Made by a program: the position numbers and the translations under genes
The notes under the pieces: model-generated
Database searches by the model: none
The model's input: the letters and a program-made list of their open reading frames with translations, nothing else
Told to the model about the DNA's origin: nothing
Shown here: piece by piece, positions 1 to 11,702 of the stretch
Position numbering within the stretch: the first letter of the stretch is position 1
How the letters are laid out: each line of letters starts with the position of its first letter
Assembly (NCBI GenBank): GCA_047495785.1
Contig: JBLDXI010000032.1
Location: 3,844,001-3,908,000 of the forward strand
Source of the DNA: Lepidodermella squamata
Lineage: Eukaryota > Animalia > Gastrotricha
Direction of reading: 5' to 3'
DNA: 64,000 nucleotides

Positions 1-1320
1 TGGCTACAACATGGAGGCGTTCCAGCAACGACCGCCTAGTTCGTAACCGCCGCCGTTCTGTCCCGCCGTGGCCTGAAGACATCAGCCAGATGGCCCATTA
101 CCACCAGCTCTACGTTTGCTGGCGTTGCGGCGCAGCGGACCATAGCTTTCGGGACTTTGTTTGCCCCAGGATGCCGGCCCAGGTTAAGGCAATGAACATC
201 TCAGTCAAACTAGAAGGGCAGACGGGCCTGGTGGCCACCCATTCTTGCTATGGCCTCCTGATGCTGCGATTGCCACCTTATCCGCTGCCCTTGACGTGCT
301 GCGTCTTCACCGTTGCCGAGCACGCCGTCTCGGGCCTGTTGGATACCGGCGCTAACGCGACCATCGTCACGCTGGAACTCTGCACCTTTCTCGGTCTACC
401 TATACAGCCGCTGGCACACAATGTCGTCATGCGCACTGGCGATGGCCGTCTTGTCGATCCCGGATACATCCTCCGCACCGCCTTGTTGCCATTGGCCGTT
501 TCCTCGGACGAGTCCCATTTTCACCGGCCTTCGTGCTGTCCAATTCTAGCCACACCCTTATCATAGGACTCGACTGGCTTCTCCGGCGCCAGGCGATCAT
601 CGACCTACGTCGCCTCATGCTAGTGGGCACAACCTGAAAGTTACCCATCACCCTTGCGCCGCCCGCCGGTCCTCGCTGGGCCGCCGTCTGCGTCGAAAAC
701 CTGCCCGGCCTCGATACCGGAGTACTCGTTAACGAACACATGACTGCTGCTCGCATCAGCACTAGCGCGCCGACTTCGACGGCTACCCCGGCGTGCATGT
801 CCATGCTATGTGCTGCCTGGGCGCCGTTCGAGCCCGACTCTTCGCCTCGCCTGTCCTCGTCGACCGGCCGCGTCATGCCTTTAGGCCTGGGCTTCGTCCG
901 CCTCGACACGGCTACTCACTCAGCGAGTCGGTTCTTGAAAGCGACCGTCATTGCTTGACCGTTGGTGGCACGGTATTGTTCACGACCCGCGCCGAGTTCA
1001 ACCTTGCCTCGGGTCAGCTCTCCATCGCGCCGCCCAGCCAATCCGAATCGTTTCCCGGCGATGTTCGCGCGCTTATCGATCGCTCGGTTGTGGGGCTGAA
1101 CCCTGAGGATGGCGCCGCGCTCCGACTGCTCCTCGCCGAGTTCGCGCCGATCTTCAGCGACAGCTCGATGAGCATTCGCCTGAAGCAGCCCCTGCTGATT
1201 GAGACGACGGCTACGAAGACGAACAACATGCCTCGCCGCTACATGGGCCGCGCAAGAAGTCCGAAATGCGTAAGCACCTCCGATTCTTGCGCGAGCGTGG
1301 CCTGATCGACCCCGTTGTTG
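1..1320 (+). mobile_element. Degenerate Ty3/Gypsy gag-protease fragment, ending just before RT
   Basis: Degenerate zinc knuckle CWRCGAADH, aspartic protease motif LLDTGA (ORF 90-566), then a linker ending in EMRKHLRFLRERGLIDP-like sequence that normally precedes Gypsy RT; frameshifted; abrupt switch to AT-rich DNA at about 1330. Confidence 0.75.
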
Positions 1321-1591
1321 CTCATGTCCTGATTGTTTTCGCGTAGGTAATTGGTCTTGTTACCTATAATTTTGGTCTATTTCACTGATGAATTCAACCT
1401 GACTTTATTAAAAAAATTGAGAAAAAAATTGTAAATGAAAAAATCCGTGCGCCAACGGAATCAAACGCGTGAAGTTAATGTTAAAAGCATAAACTCCACG
1501 AGCCACTGGTGACCACACAACTATGATCAATAGGTTTTTCTTAATTCTTAATCCACTGAAATACCAAAATTGAGCATCTTGATTTATCCAG

Positions 1592-1667
1592 CGCTCGTAG
1601 TCTAGTGGATAGATTGCTGCTTAGGTGGCAGGGAATCATTAATCATTAGTTCGATGCCTGGGCGTTT
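1592..1667 (+). other. Degenerate tRNA-derived sequence (SINE head or tRNA pseudogene)
   Basis: A-box-like TAGTCTAGTGG and B-box-like GTTCGATGC at tRNA-like spacing; no convincing cloverleaf. Confidence 0.3.
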
Positions 1668-2104
1668 GGTAGCGAAACCTAACCTGCAACAGCTTATCGC
1701 ATGAGTTCCAAAGAACGATGATCACGGCCTCTTGCACTCTACAAAATTTCAGGATCATTCACCAGCAGCCGCTACAAGTAATGGCTACAAAACCGGCCGA
1801 AGAAAATTGCCATCAAATTTCAACCTGTCCGACAAGAGCAGGCCTCACTGAAAACCGTCGAGCAAATTCGCGAAATTTTTTCTAATTATTTTCTTGAATG
1901 ATGCCTCCTTCTATCTTTCAATCTCGAGCAACTCTAATAGCGCGCAATTTTCGAATTTTGAAAATAATAACACACTTCGATTGATTACTGGTTTCTGGTT
2001 TAATTAATCTTTAGCCCGAGATACGGCGACGCGCTGGGAGTATCATTAGACCTAGCGAAGTTAATTCAAAGTAGCCTAATAAGCTTGGATGAAGATCGCG
2101 AGAT

Positions 2105-2500
2105 TTACCTAGTCAACGAAGTGGCGATTTGCGCCATGATTTTCGAGTCCTCTAGCATTTGTTGCTGCTGCGCGGTTGTGGTTTCAATTATGAACTTGGC
2201 TAGGTTTTGCTTAGAACCCCCCGAGGCGCGGCTATTCCATTTGGTCTTAACCAAGCCCGGCTTGAATTTTACGACCTCTCTCAATATCCTGCACACCACT
2301 GGAACCCCCGGCATTTTCGGAAAGCCCAGATTGAGCCAAGCCCAGGCAGACCTTGATCCCACTTGGCTCGACCCTGCCTTATCCAGTTCAATTTCGGGGA
2401 GTTCCTCATCGCTTACGCTTACAACCTCATCTACATCTTCGTTGTCGCTGAAGTTCGATCCAAAAGCGTCAATTTCTGTGACGCTGTGGGGTTGACCCAA
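2105..2500 (-). pseudogene. Possible degenerate BED-finger N-terminus of a hAT-type transposase
   Basis: Acidic stretch then RSAWAW..F...CRIL...GGSKQNLAKF, resembling BED finger spacing but with ligands lost. Confidence 0.35.
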
Positions 2501-2632
2501 CTATTTTTTCATTTATTTACGTGACTACAATTTTCTGTTTCTCCCCATATAGGTGCTTATTTAAGATCGATTAATTCGTCGACGGTGCTATGGAAATAAA
2601 TTGAACGTTCTACATCTACCCATGATGCGGAA

Positions 2633-2740
2633 GAATAGCGGCGCGTCTATGCATCGCTTGGAAGTCACCGACGAAGATACTGCCGCCCCCAGGCTTTGAA
2701 TGCGGCGAGTGGATCAGCGAGTGTGCCATTTTCTATTGGC
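2633..2740 (+). repeat. Dispersed repeat, copy 1 (related copy at 7712-7800)
   Basis: GAATAGCGGCGCGTCT...GGAAGTC...CGACGAAGATACT...GCCC..AGG shared with 7712-7800. Confidence 0.6.
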
Positions 2741-4295
2741 GTAAAACCAGCGCCGGCTACTGCTTCAGCAGGCGCATCTGCACCAACTGCGTCGGCGACG
2801 AAGCAGAGCGCTGGTGCTACTTTGCGTGTCGCCTGCCTTCAGCATTCGGCGCCGCATGAGCAGGGCTGTAATCACGACAGGCGCCATTACCGGTCGATCA
2901 ACCCTTTCCGCGGCATGCGGCCCGCGCAATACCTACTAGTCGCTGCACCGGCAACCACCAGGCCATGGAAGACCTCAGCATGTTGCGCAACATCCGGCGT
3001 AACAGCCATGGACTCCGTCCGGTAACTCCAATGGGGCTGGATACCAGAATTATGGCCCATGTGGCGGCAATGGCTACTGAATACCCGCCCAGAGCTATAC
3101 CCGAGCCAGCAGTTCCATTTTCGGTTCATATTTGATTATCGATCCTGTTCTTCTGTCTCCGACTGGTCCAGCTGATGGACGCAGGTGACTGTGGCTGTGG
3201 GGTACATTCAATTTTGACCGAGTTTCGGAAGCAAATCGGTGCTCATGCTCTTGGACCTGCAACACGAGATTCACCAGTGCAGATCTGCACGTCGAAGCTC
3301 CCGACCTGCTGATAGAAATAGAAGCCTTCTAGAGGGACCGGTATCTATACCACGACGCGCTTCAATGACACTGACCACCTGCCTGTGGAATGTGCCTGTG
3401 TAAACACCACTGGTCAACCCTCCCATCGGCGCATAAAAGCCTGGAACGACACTAGCAACGTCGTGTGCAAACTCTGACCCTCCAGAGCCGTTCTTCAAGC
3501 CGCTTATCTAGTCGAGTTCGGCAGGGAGCAACTAGAGCAGCTGTAATAGTCCCAACTACCTGAGGAAAAATGAAAAATGATGCAGATGCGAATGAGGTAA
3601 GTGTTAGTTCATAAACACCTGCGTATCGTGACATTTTCGTACTTGACCTCATAGGCAAAAGAGTGGTAAGAGTAGAAACTCGCGCAAATTTCCTGGAGCA
3701 AAGCTTTGCGAATTTTGTGAAAAAGCTTTTCGCTCGATGAAATTCCACCTTGAACAGTTTTGCAACTGAAAGCAATGGAAAACACACGCAAAAATTGGCC
3801 ATATTTCCCTTCATCTCGTATATTTTCCGACTTACAACATCCAAAATCCGACCCCAAATCCATCACTTATTTGAAACCGATTTGTGATGAAAGAGCTATC
3901 CTGAGTCCATTGAGATATCGATTTACGGTTGTTGAGAAAAGATTGCAGACAGGCCTGCACTTAATATAGAAAATTTCCTCGCATTCCAACTTCTTTAAGA
4001 ACGGTAAAATTAAACCCGTAATACTCGGATCATTTACACCACGAGGCTTGTGTAAAGAGCGATTTCATATCGGGAGTCAAAGGCATACAGTGAGACCACC
4101 TTCGCCAAATTTTACCGTCGCACTTAATGGTTGAACCTAGGTTTCTAATCAAGCCGCTGTTATAATCAATTTATATCTGAGCTTCGTTTCTTGCTTGAAA
4201 GGCCTAAACTGATGAAATTTGAATCCAATGGATCCAAATGAAATTGGCAACTTTGTTGCGAACGACGGTCCTAGGGAGTAATCAATGAAGGGCGC

Positions 4296-4530
4296 ATGGA
4301 CAAGGAAATAAATGCTCGAATAGCTAAGGCAGGTAGTTGTTTTGGAGCCATGAGTAAATTCATGTGTAATAGGGGCCATATTAGTATTGAAACAAAGATG
4401 AAAGTTTTGAATTGTGTTATTATTCCCACCATCATGTACGCCTACGAAACCTGGAATTCAACCACAGCCCTTGAAAATGCTCTACATTTTAAAGAAATGC
4501 GATGGTTACGAGCTATTTCAATATCATTAC
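4296..4530 (+). mobile_element. RTE-like LINE ORF2 post-RT fragment
   Basis: EINARIAKAGSCFG...IPTIMYAYETW...RWLRAI; clearly homologous to the C-terminal half of ORF 24164-25552. Confidence 0.8.
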
Positions 4531-5401
4531 TTGGAGTTCTTATTTTTATGCTTGCTTATTTGAATTGAAGGTCACCATCTCGATTCTCGAGCTGCGGCGA
4601 TGGCGCGGGTAATTCGTACCGTAAATCTCGTCTCAAGCCACGTTCACAAGGCATGCGTGAGCATTTCAACAATTGCGTCTTCGCATGTGAAGATTGCCTC
4701 CGAGGTAACCCCGAGAAACTAAAAACATCGAAATTCATGAATTAAACTGATTTCAAGTTTATACAGGTGGGTTGTTGTGACTAAAATTAATGTACTTCTG
4801 CTAAAATCATTTTTTTTTAAGCTGGAGTAAACTTGATTGTCCTGTCTTGATCAGAAGAAGATTACGTCGGGGCGGCCGTTATGATCGATTACTTCACGTG
4901 AGTTTTAAAACCAAATCAGGTTCTTAGTTCATCGTCCTTAAGCGTTGAGTTTTCTGATATGGCCATGGAGAATAGCTTAACCAGAGTGACAGCTCAATGC
5001 AATTTTTGTTTACAAAAAGTCTTGATAATTATTGAGGTGGATTTTTTGCAAATCAAATTTTCGTAACCAGCCTATTTCAGCGCTTTTTTGCAACCCGTGT
5101 TTTCAACTTGTTTCCATGCTTTGCCATTATTTTAATTTTGCTACACGGCGAGATTGCTATCTCAATCAGTTACCTGATTTGTTTCTTCGGTCACATGACC
5201 CTATAACCTCTGCCATAATGAGCTAATGTAGTAAACCATTGGGTCGCGTTTTGAGTTCTGTGTAGTGAAAAATGAACGTTTTCAACACCAGGTATTTAGT
5301 GCTGAGCGCAACTAGGGCCGGGCTGAGGCAAAGGCTGGGGATCCACATTATTCGCTTCATTGTTATTATGAACCTTCAGTTCAGTTCAGATGAGACGCGA
5401 G

Positions 5402-6030
5402 TAGTGTTGTCAATAGATTCGATTCGATTATATTCGACTATTAATCGTGGTTAATCGACGACTAAATCGCCGATTAATCAATCTAGATTTTAACGAATCC
5501 TCGATTATAATCTGATAGATTAATCGAATTTTAATAGATTTTATTTATTCACTTGAATTAACTTTATTTAGCTTTTTCTAGTGCTCATACAACTTCAAAG
5601 TCTTCGCGTAAGATTCGCGAGTAAAAGTTGAAATGAGAGACAACATTTATTTAAGAATTGAATAATGTGGCTCTTTGAGCCACGAATGGAGGCCAACGGC
5701 CTCTTCGAGAATGTCGTTCTCAAATGATGCGACCACGCCACCGGTTGCAAAGGTAAAAAGGCTAAAAAGGTGCTCAACCGGGACCGATGTGGCCGGTATA
5801 TACGTAGAAGCCAACGAGCAACCAAAGCCAAATGAGGAAAAGCCTTGTAAAGTTGGCTCCAAACTTGAAGCGGTTCTGCGTCGTTCTGCTGCGGTAACTT
5901 TCGCCACCTAGAGATTTCCAATCTCGCCTCATCAAGAAGCAGTTGAAGTACGATCGGTGGACTAGCCCCGGTTTCTCCTTCATCTGAGTCACTGCTTTCT
6001 TCTGGCCGCCGCACCCTTTGACTGCCATGG
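5402..6030 (-). mobile_element. hAT transposon 3' relic: terminus plus C-terminal dimerization domain
   Basis: Frameshifted VW....AFPHLALVARWLL / IPATSVPVEHLFS (hAT dimerization motif); hAT-type terminus TAGTGTTG at 5402 followed by clustered GATTAATCG/TTAATCGA-like subterminal motifs to about 5530. Confidence 0.75.
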
Positions 6031-7711
6031 ACGTTGAGGGCAGAAATACTCAGGCTAAAAAGTAAAACCAAGTTACTTAGAATATTAGAATAGAATAAAT
6101 TGCGGAGTCCAAAATAGTTCACCTTTTGGATGCTGCAAATTTGGCCAAATCGAATCCCTGACTAATAGCTACCGCCGTATGAGAAACGGGAATGTGGAAT
6201 GTGGAATTCAGACTAGTTCAGCGGACCCAAAATATCATTTCAAATTGCTTACAGCAAGTGGGCAACTTATCAAGCGCTACTGAGCGTCAATGAAATGAGC
6301 GGTAGCCCCCACTATGCGGCGCTTTGCTCGTTGCGACCAAAAATCCGCGGAAAAACTGGCTGCTTCTGCAGAGCCAAGCAGACGAGCGAGATTGGCGTGG
6401 AATGATTCGAAATTACATTTTATCTGAGCGCGATTAGTGTTGTGAGTAGGCAAGGCATAGAGCGGATCGCCATAAAATTTGAATCAATAAGTGAAAAGAT
6501 ACTAGGGTTAGGTCTTACCCCTCGCTAATTTCGCTAATCCTTCATCTTCTGTAATACTGATCGGACGGATCGGACAAGCAAATCCTTTCAGCACAAGCTT
6601 GCTTAAAAAGTGGAACTTTTTCTGGCGGAAATCTGACTCCAGCATTTGATTGACCAACTGACCCAGAGAGAATTTTACCCATTTCTTCCTGGTGGCCGTT
6701 TGGCTGTGGCACCACGCGTAATTGCTTTCACACAGCTTACACTTGGCTCGTTTATTAGAAAGAGGTATTAGAAGAGGAATGGACGGTCACAATCGCGATT
6801 GGTGGCTGCCAGTACCAGTGGCGAGCCAGCCATTCCGTAGCCATGTGAGAAACATGGCTTCACCAACTGACTTGTCTTGTAATTGTAAATTTGCCCTTGC
6901 CACAAATTTCCCTAATGTGAAAAGGATTTTTTACGCAATAATAAACACGCACCAGCTGTTACTGTTTTGAAAAAATCGGTACGTTTTCTTGTTGCGTCTC
7001 AAATCTTTCGTCAGTAACGCCGGTGCGTAGCATCAATACGTCTTGATTGCTCTTTTGTTAATGTGCGGTTATCTTAAACCCTAACATTCTTTTAGTCTTA
7101 ATCTTAGAAATATTCTACTGCTGTTGATTTTTAGAGCACCTGTACTTATCGGTTTCACCCGGTCCCACATCCGCTTGCCTCAGTACATGATGGGCGATTT
7201 GTTATTTTTATTGATGTGTTCTCGCCCTTACGTAACTGTCTCATCGCGTGCTTCATGGATGTCAGATATGTATACATCTGTACGCGACGTTAACTACCTT
7301 GGTATGTGTTTTGAAATTCAAATTAAATTTGCCTTAGATCTTTGCTCATGCTCTGCACATTTGCTTAACGGCTGTCTCATGAATTCTACCAACCCATTAA
7401 ATCTCATTATTTAATAGAACGTATATTTTAATCATATTTTTATGGACCTAAATTTACGTCGCCCGCTTTGTTCAGTTTCTCTTGGTTAGCAACCCTCAAC
7501 TAACAATCTTCATTTGTTCGCGCATCGCGCATTTTTCATCATTACTACGCCATGGATCACCGAGTATGCTCAGTGATAGCAATTGCTGTTATACTAACTA
7601 TTGACTAAGTATTGTATTTCACCAGGTTTCCCGCGTTCTCCTCATTGGCGGCCCTCAACATTTGGTGCACCAGCCATTACGAACTGATCTATGGCGTCGC
7701 CGATAAATAGC

Positions 7712-8370
7712 GAATAGCGGCGCGTCTGTGTGCAGCGCTGGGAAGTCGTCGACGAAGATACTACTGCCCTTAGGTGTCGAGCGCGGCCATGCTCCATTGA
7801 ACACGCGATTTGAGAGGACGAACCCGTGACGTGAGTCTCTTCATTGTCGACCCAATCGTCCCCGCTACACCCGGACTTCGTGCGGCCGTTCGAGGGCATA
7901 CGCGATGGCTCCGACGTCAGATGTTCGTCTACTCATGCAAGCAGTCTCAACCTTCTGGTTGCTGCGCATAGTCGCCTGCCGAGCGGAAGTACCCGGCCCT
8001 CGGGATCGCGTTCTCGTTTGAACACTCTTACAAATACCTGCTTGACAACAGCTTCGTCCTCGAAAACGAAGGCGCTCCTGTGGTTCTAGATGCTAGACCA
8101 TCCGTGACCCCAGCAAGCGCTTTTGGCGATGGCTAGAGCAGTTAAGCAACCTGGTTCCCTGATTCTCCCGCGGTCTCGGTCGCCTCAACCACGCTGACGA
8201 CCTCTCGCGACTCGCGACCGTCCACCGAACTTGACGTTGTTGGTTACGCCTACGATAGTCCCTCAGTCGACTAACCTGTCGCTGGCCGACCGGTTTCGCC
8301 TAGACCTGGTTGAACTTCGAGCCGCGCAGTTAGCGACCCCGACATCGGCCCGTGCTACGTCACCTCGACC
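7712..8370 (+). mobile_element. Degenerate Gypsy relic (repeat copy 2 plus RNase H/integrase-linker remnants)
   Basis: Frameshifted KALLWF, IRDPSKRFWRWLEQLS and LSLADRFRLDLVELRAAQLADPDIGP match RALLWL, MKTPSKRLFGYIEKLS and SLAVADSLRLVPADLRRAQLSDPNYGP of the element at 26.4-28.1 kb. Confidence 0.65.
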
Positions 8371-9005
8371 TCAGCACGTCGTTCTCGGCTGCTTCGACCC
8401 TCCTTCTTAGGTTAAATCTTTGCCTGTCAACCGCTTAAAATTGTTCCTCGATATAAAGTATATTCAGCTTTAACGATGGTGAATACGTCAGCTTCTACTA
8501 CTACTTAGAGTCTGCTGACTGGATAGAGACCTTGGTTTATCTGTTGATCTTTGTTACACTCGTTTTCTGCATGGGCTATATAAGGGAGTCTTGTTGTTTG
8601 AGGTGCCTCGGCGTAGGGTAAAGTGCTCAAAATTTGCAGTTTTTGAATTTATGGAAAATGGTGAGCTTTTCCAAAATTTCCTTTTGGAATCATGCAGTTC
8701 GAGGGTGAAGACACCCTGCCAGCTAAAGAGTGACATCCCGCAGGCTTCAGCCTTCGATAAAGATCACTTCAAAAGTCTGCAGTTTTTTGCAGATTTATTT
8801 ATTTATTTATTTATGAGCCATTCATCCGTTTTTAGAAAAAGTTGGAAAGCTCAGCTGTAAAAAAAGACAATGGATTAGTTAGGGTTTGATCAAACTGTGC
8901 ACATGATTATGTAGTTATAAAACATCATGTTAGATAAGTTGACAAAAATCAGTATAAAATTGAGCAACAATAATGGTAGAAAAATATGGGAGTATAGGTT
9001 TCATT

Positions 9006-9330
9006 TCAGGCTGCTGGCTTTTTGTTGAGATTGGTGTTGGGAGCCAGACTTAATAGGTAGTTGTAGACCAAGTTCCTGCACTGATCTGCGCTTGTTGCAG
9101 AGCGCACTGCGTCGGGCAAACTGTTCCAAAAAACTGCCCCGTGGTGTTCAAGACAACGGTCCATGGTCTTGGACTTTGTCTTTGGCATTTTAAGGAGACA
9201 GCTCATAGTTTTCTTGGCTGTTTGGCTTCGAGTGGAGCCCGTCGCGGTTTGCTTGGTGGGGCACTTTACCCTAAATTGCGCAAAAAACGTAAAATGTTGT
9301 GTATAACTTCTGAATACTGCGACTCTCAAA
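9006..9330 (-). mobile_element. CR1/L2-type LINE 3' end of ORF2
   Basis: Terminal motif GAVFWNSLPDAVRSATS...NLVYNYL typical of CR1/L2 ORF2 C-termini. Confidence 0.65.
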
Positions 9331-9999
9331 TCGTAACAAACGCTTGTTTGCTAATTTTGTAAAAAAAAAAATGGAACACGTCATCGGATTATGCTCGCCA
9401 CAAAACCGCTAGTTGCCTTTACAACTGAAAACCGGATGAGTGTGAGACAGCATGGCGTATGATAAGAACTTACTGTCAAACAGCAAGATTGGGGATCTTT
9501 ATAACTACTGCTGGCTTCGATTTAATTCCCGACCTGCTATACCGGCTATGTGTATGAAAATGAATCGATGAAAAGCAGAAGTTTTCAGAAAATATTTGCT
9601 GGTGCGTATAACAAAGAACAGTTTACTTATAGAATATTTTTTCACCTTTGTTTGTTGGAATGAAAGAAAAACCTATGGTGGGCCTTACAATCCACCAGCG
9701 ATTCTCATTGAGAAACTTGCGCGTTATCGGTCTATTCTTGTTGCTGTTGGGGCCCCAACATTGCTACAGTGTGAGATGTCTCGATATGGCGTGAGATATA
9801 TGTGGAAACACGCCAATGCTAAATGTGATTGTTCTATATATTGATCTCTCGAAAGAAGTTGATATCGTTGCAATCGCGTTACTACTGTCCGTGATTTCTC
9901 AACCAAGTTAGTGTCAAGCTGCATGATCGTATTAGAGTATCCAAATCGTTGTGCTTCAGGCGTACACAAATCATATATTTTCACTCCTCGACTACTGTC

Positions 10000-10170
10000 T
10001 TTCCAGTTATTCCCCGTCTCCTAGAAGATATTGAAGAACTAGAGTCAGTGCAATCTCGCTTTACTAAGAGGCTATTATATCGTAGCTCAACCTCTTATAT
10101 GCTGCAGATATTGTTGTATGCCCACTCTGGAAATGCGCGTTTGATACACTATTTGTATCACTAATTTTGC
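10000..10170 (+). mobile_element. CR1-type LINE ORF2 fragment
   Basis: EDIEELESVQSRFTKRL motif. Confidence 0.5.
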
Positions 10171-10686
10171 CATAATATTGATGTGAATTTCTCGGATTTT
10201 GTTTTTATTTGTTTTTATTTTATATTAAAAACGCTCGACTACCATGTAATTGTGATGAAGTTCAACGCAATGAATATTTGCTCGTGAGACGTATTTGTGC
10301 TTCGGGCTGCTTGAAATCACGAATCTACCTTTGAAATGTGCAAATATGGTTACAGTTAGAGTAACAGTAACAACAGTAATAGTATCAAATTATCATGTAT
10401 TGCTGAATGTTTTGTTGTACACATAGCTCGATCTGCACTATAGTGTTCACTTCTTTTTAATATTTGCGCATTTGTTTCTATAATTATGTGTAAAGCCCTT
10501 TCTATCTTGCATACCGGGTATCGCCTCGCGCATTTAATATCTTTCCAATTCTGGTTGCTTCCGCTTTATCGTAGCGGGAAAGAGTGGCAATGACACCACC
10601 TGATGTCAGGTCATGCGGCGATTCGCTTGAGACCTGGTTTTAATTTAATTGACATTTTTGTATATAGGAAATTTTCTTACGCTGTA

Positions 10687-11511
10687 ATGATGACCGAGTC
10701 AAGCAATGGTGGCTCGACCAATAATTGTAAACGTTTGGTCATTTTCGACTTCGACCACACGTTGATCAACTGTAACAGTGATGAGCACATATTCCCAATG
10801 CTGACGAATGGCAAGCCAGTCCCAATCACGTATACTGGAGGCTCATGGCTTGGACATATGAACAAAATCTTCGATCACTTACATGTGGATCATTCTGTTC
10901 AGAAAGACGAATTCTGCCGCGCTTTAGCCACCCTGCCCTTCATAAACGGCATTCCCGAGCTCATACGCAAATTAGCTGCCAGATCTGATCATCGCCTTAT
11001 GGTTCTTTCTGATGCGAATACTCTATTCATCGAAACTGCTCTAGAGGCGAATAAATTACGGCAATATTTTACGTGTGTAATAACAAATCATGCTGAATTC
11101 GATGAAGTTGGTCGTCTGCGGGTGAGTCCGAAGGAGGAACAGGCGACTCGTGCGATGTCAGGCTCATGTCCTACGCAAGATTGCCCCGATAATTTGTGCA
11201 AAGGCTCGGAAATCGGTCGGATAATCAACGAATTCAGACAGTTTGGCGAGCCAGAAATATGGTACGTCGGAGATGGGTGGAACGACTGGTGCGCTGCTGT
11301 TCAGCTACCATCGCAAAAACATCACGTATTCGCGCGGACGGGCTACACTCTGCATTCGATTATTACGGAGAGCCTTGGTGGGAAGAAGACATTGAAGCGA
11401 CGCCCCCGTGACAACGATCCGAAGCTGAAATGCAACGCATCCTTCTGGCTTGATGGTCACGAACTAGCCGAGTGTATGTTTCAACTCGACCCTAGTCTGA
11501 AAGATGAATGA
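10687..11511 (+). CDS. PHOSPHO1/PHOSPHO2-like HAD phosphatase, intronless CDS
   Basis: HAD motifs FDFDHT, LSDANT, NLCKG, YVGDGWND; start placed at MMTES because a splice-acceptor-like TTTTTGTATATAG lies just upstream. Confidence 0.9.
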   Translation: MMTESSNGGSTNNCKRLVIFDFDHTLINCNSDEHIFPMLTNGKPVPITYTGGSWLGHMNKIFDHLHVDHSVQKDEFCRALATLPFINGIPELIRKLAARSDHRLMVLSDANTLFIETALEANKLRQYFTCVITNHAEFDEVGRLRVSPKEEQATRAMSGSCPTQDCPDNLCKGSEIGRIINEFRQFGEPEIWYVGDGWNDWCAAVQLPSQKHHVFARTGYTLHSIITESLGGKKTLKRRPRDNDPKLKCNASFWLDGHELAECMFQLDPSLKDE

Positions 11512-11702
11512 ACTCGAGATCTTTTCTAATTTTCACTGGAGTACTAACATCAGGGTAACTACATTGGTTTAAATTTGATATGCGGTTTTTATTTTGACAA
11601 GGCGCTGCCTGGTCACTGTTCAATTATTAAAATTTTGTCGATTTCATACTCTATTCTTTTGCTAGGTTTTATTATATTTGGTATTAATCTCCTATATTCA
11701 AA

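Noticed and set aside
1440-1667. Functional tRNA genes
   Set aside because: Only degenerate A/B-box-like motifs; no complete cloverleaf or anticodon arm
2105-6030. BED-like piece and hAT dimerization piece as one element
   Set aside because: Order is wrong for a single minus-strand transposase
10603-10686. Longer N-terminus for the phosphatase
   Set aside because: Contains an acceptor-like tract and no family similarity; the downstream ATG is preferred but not proven
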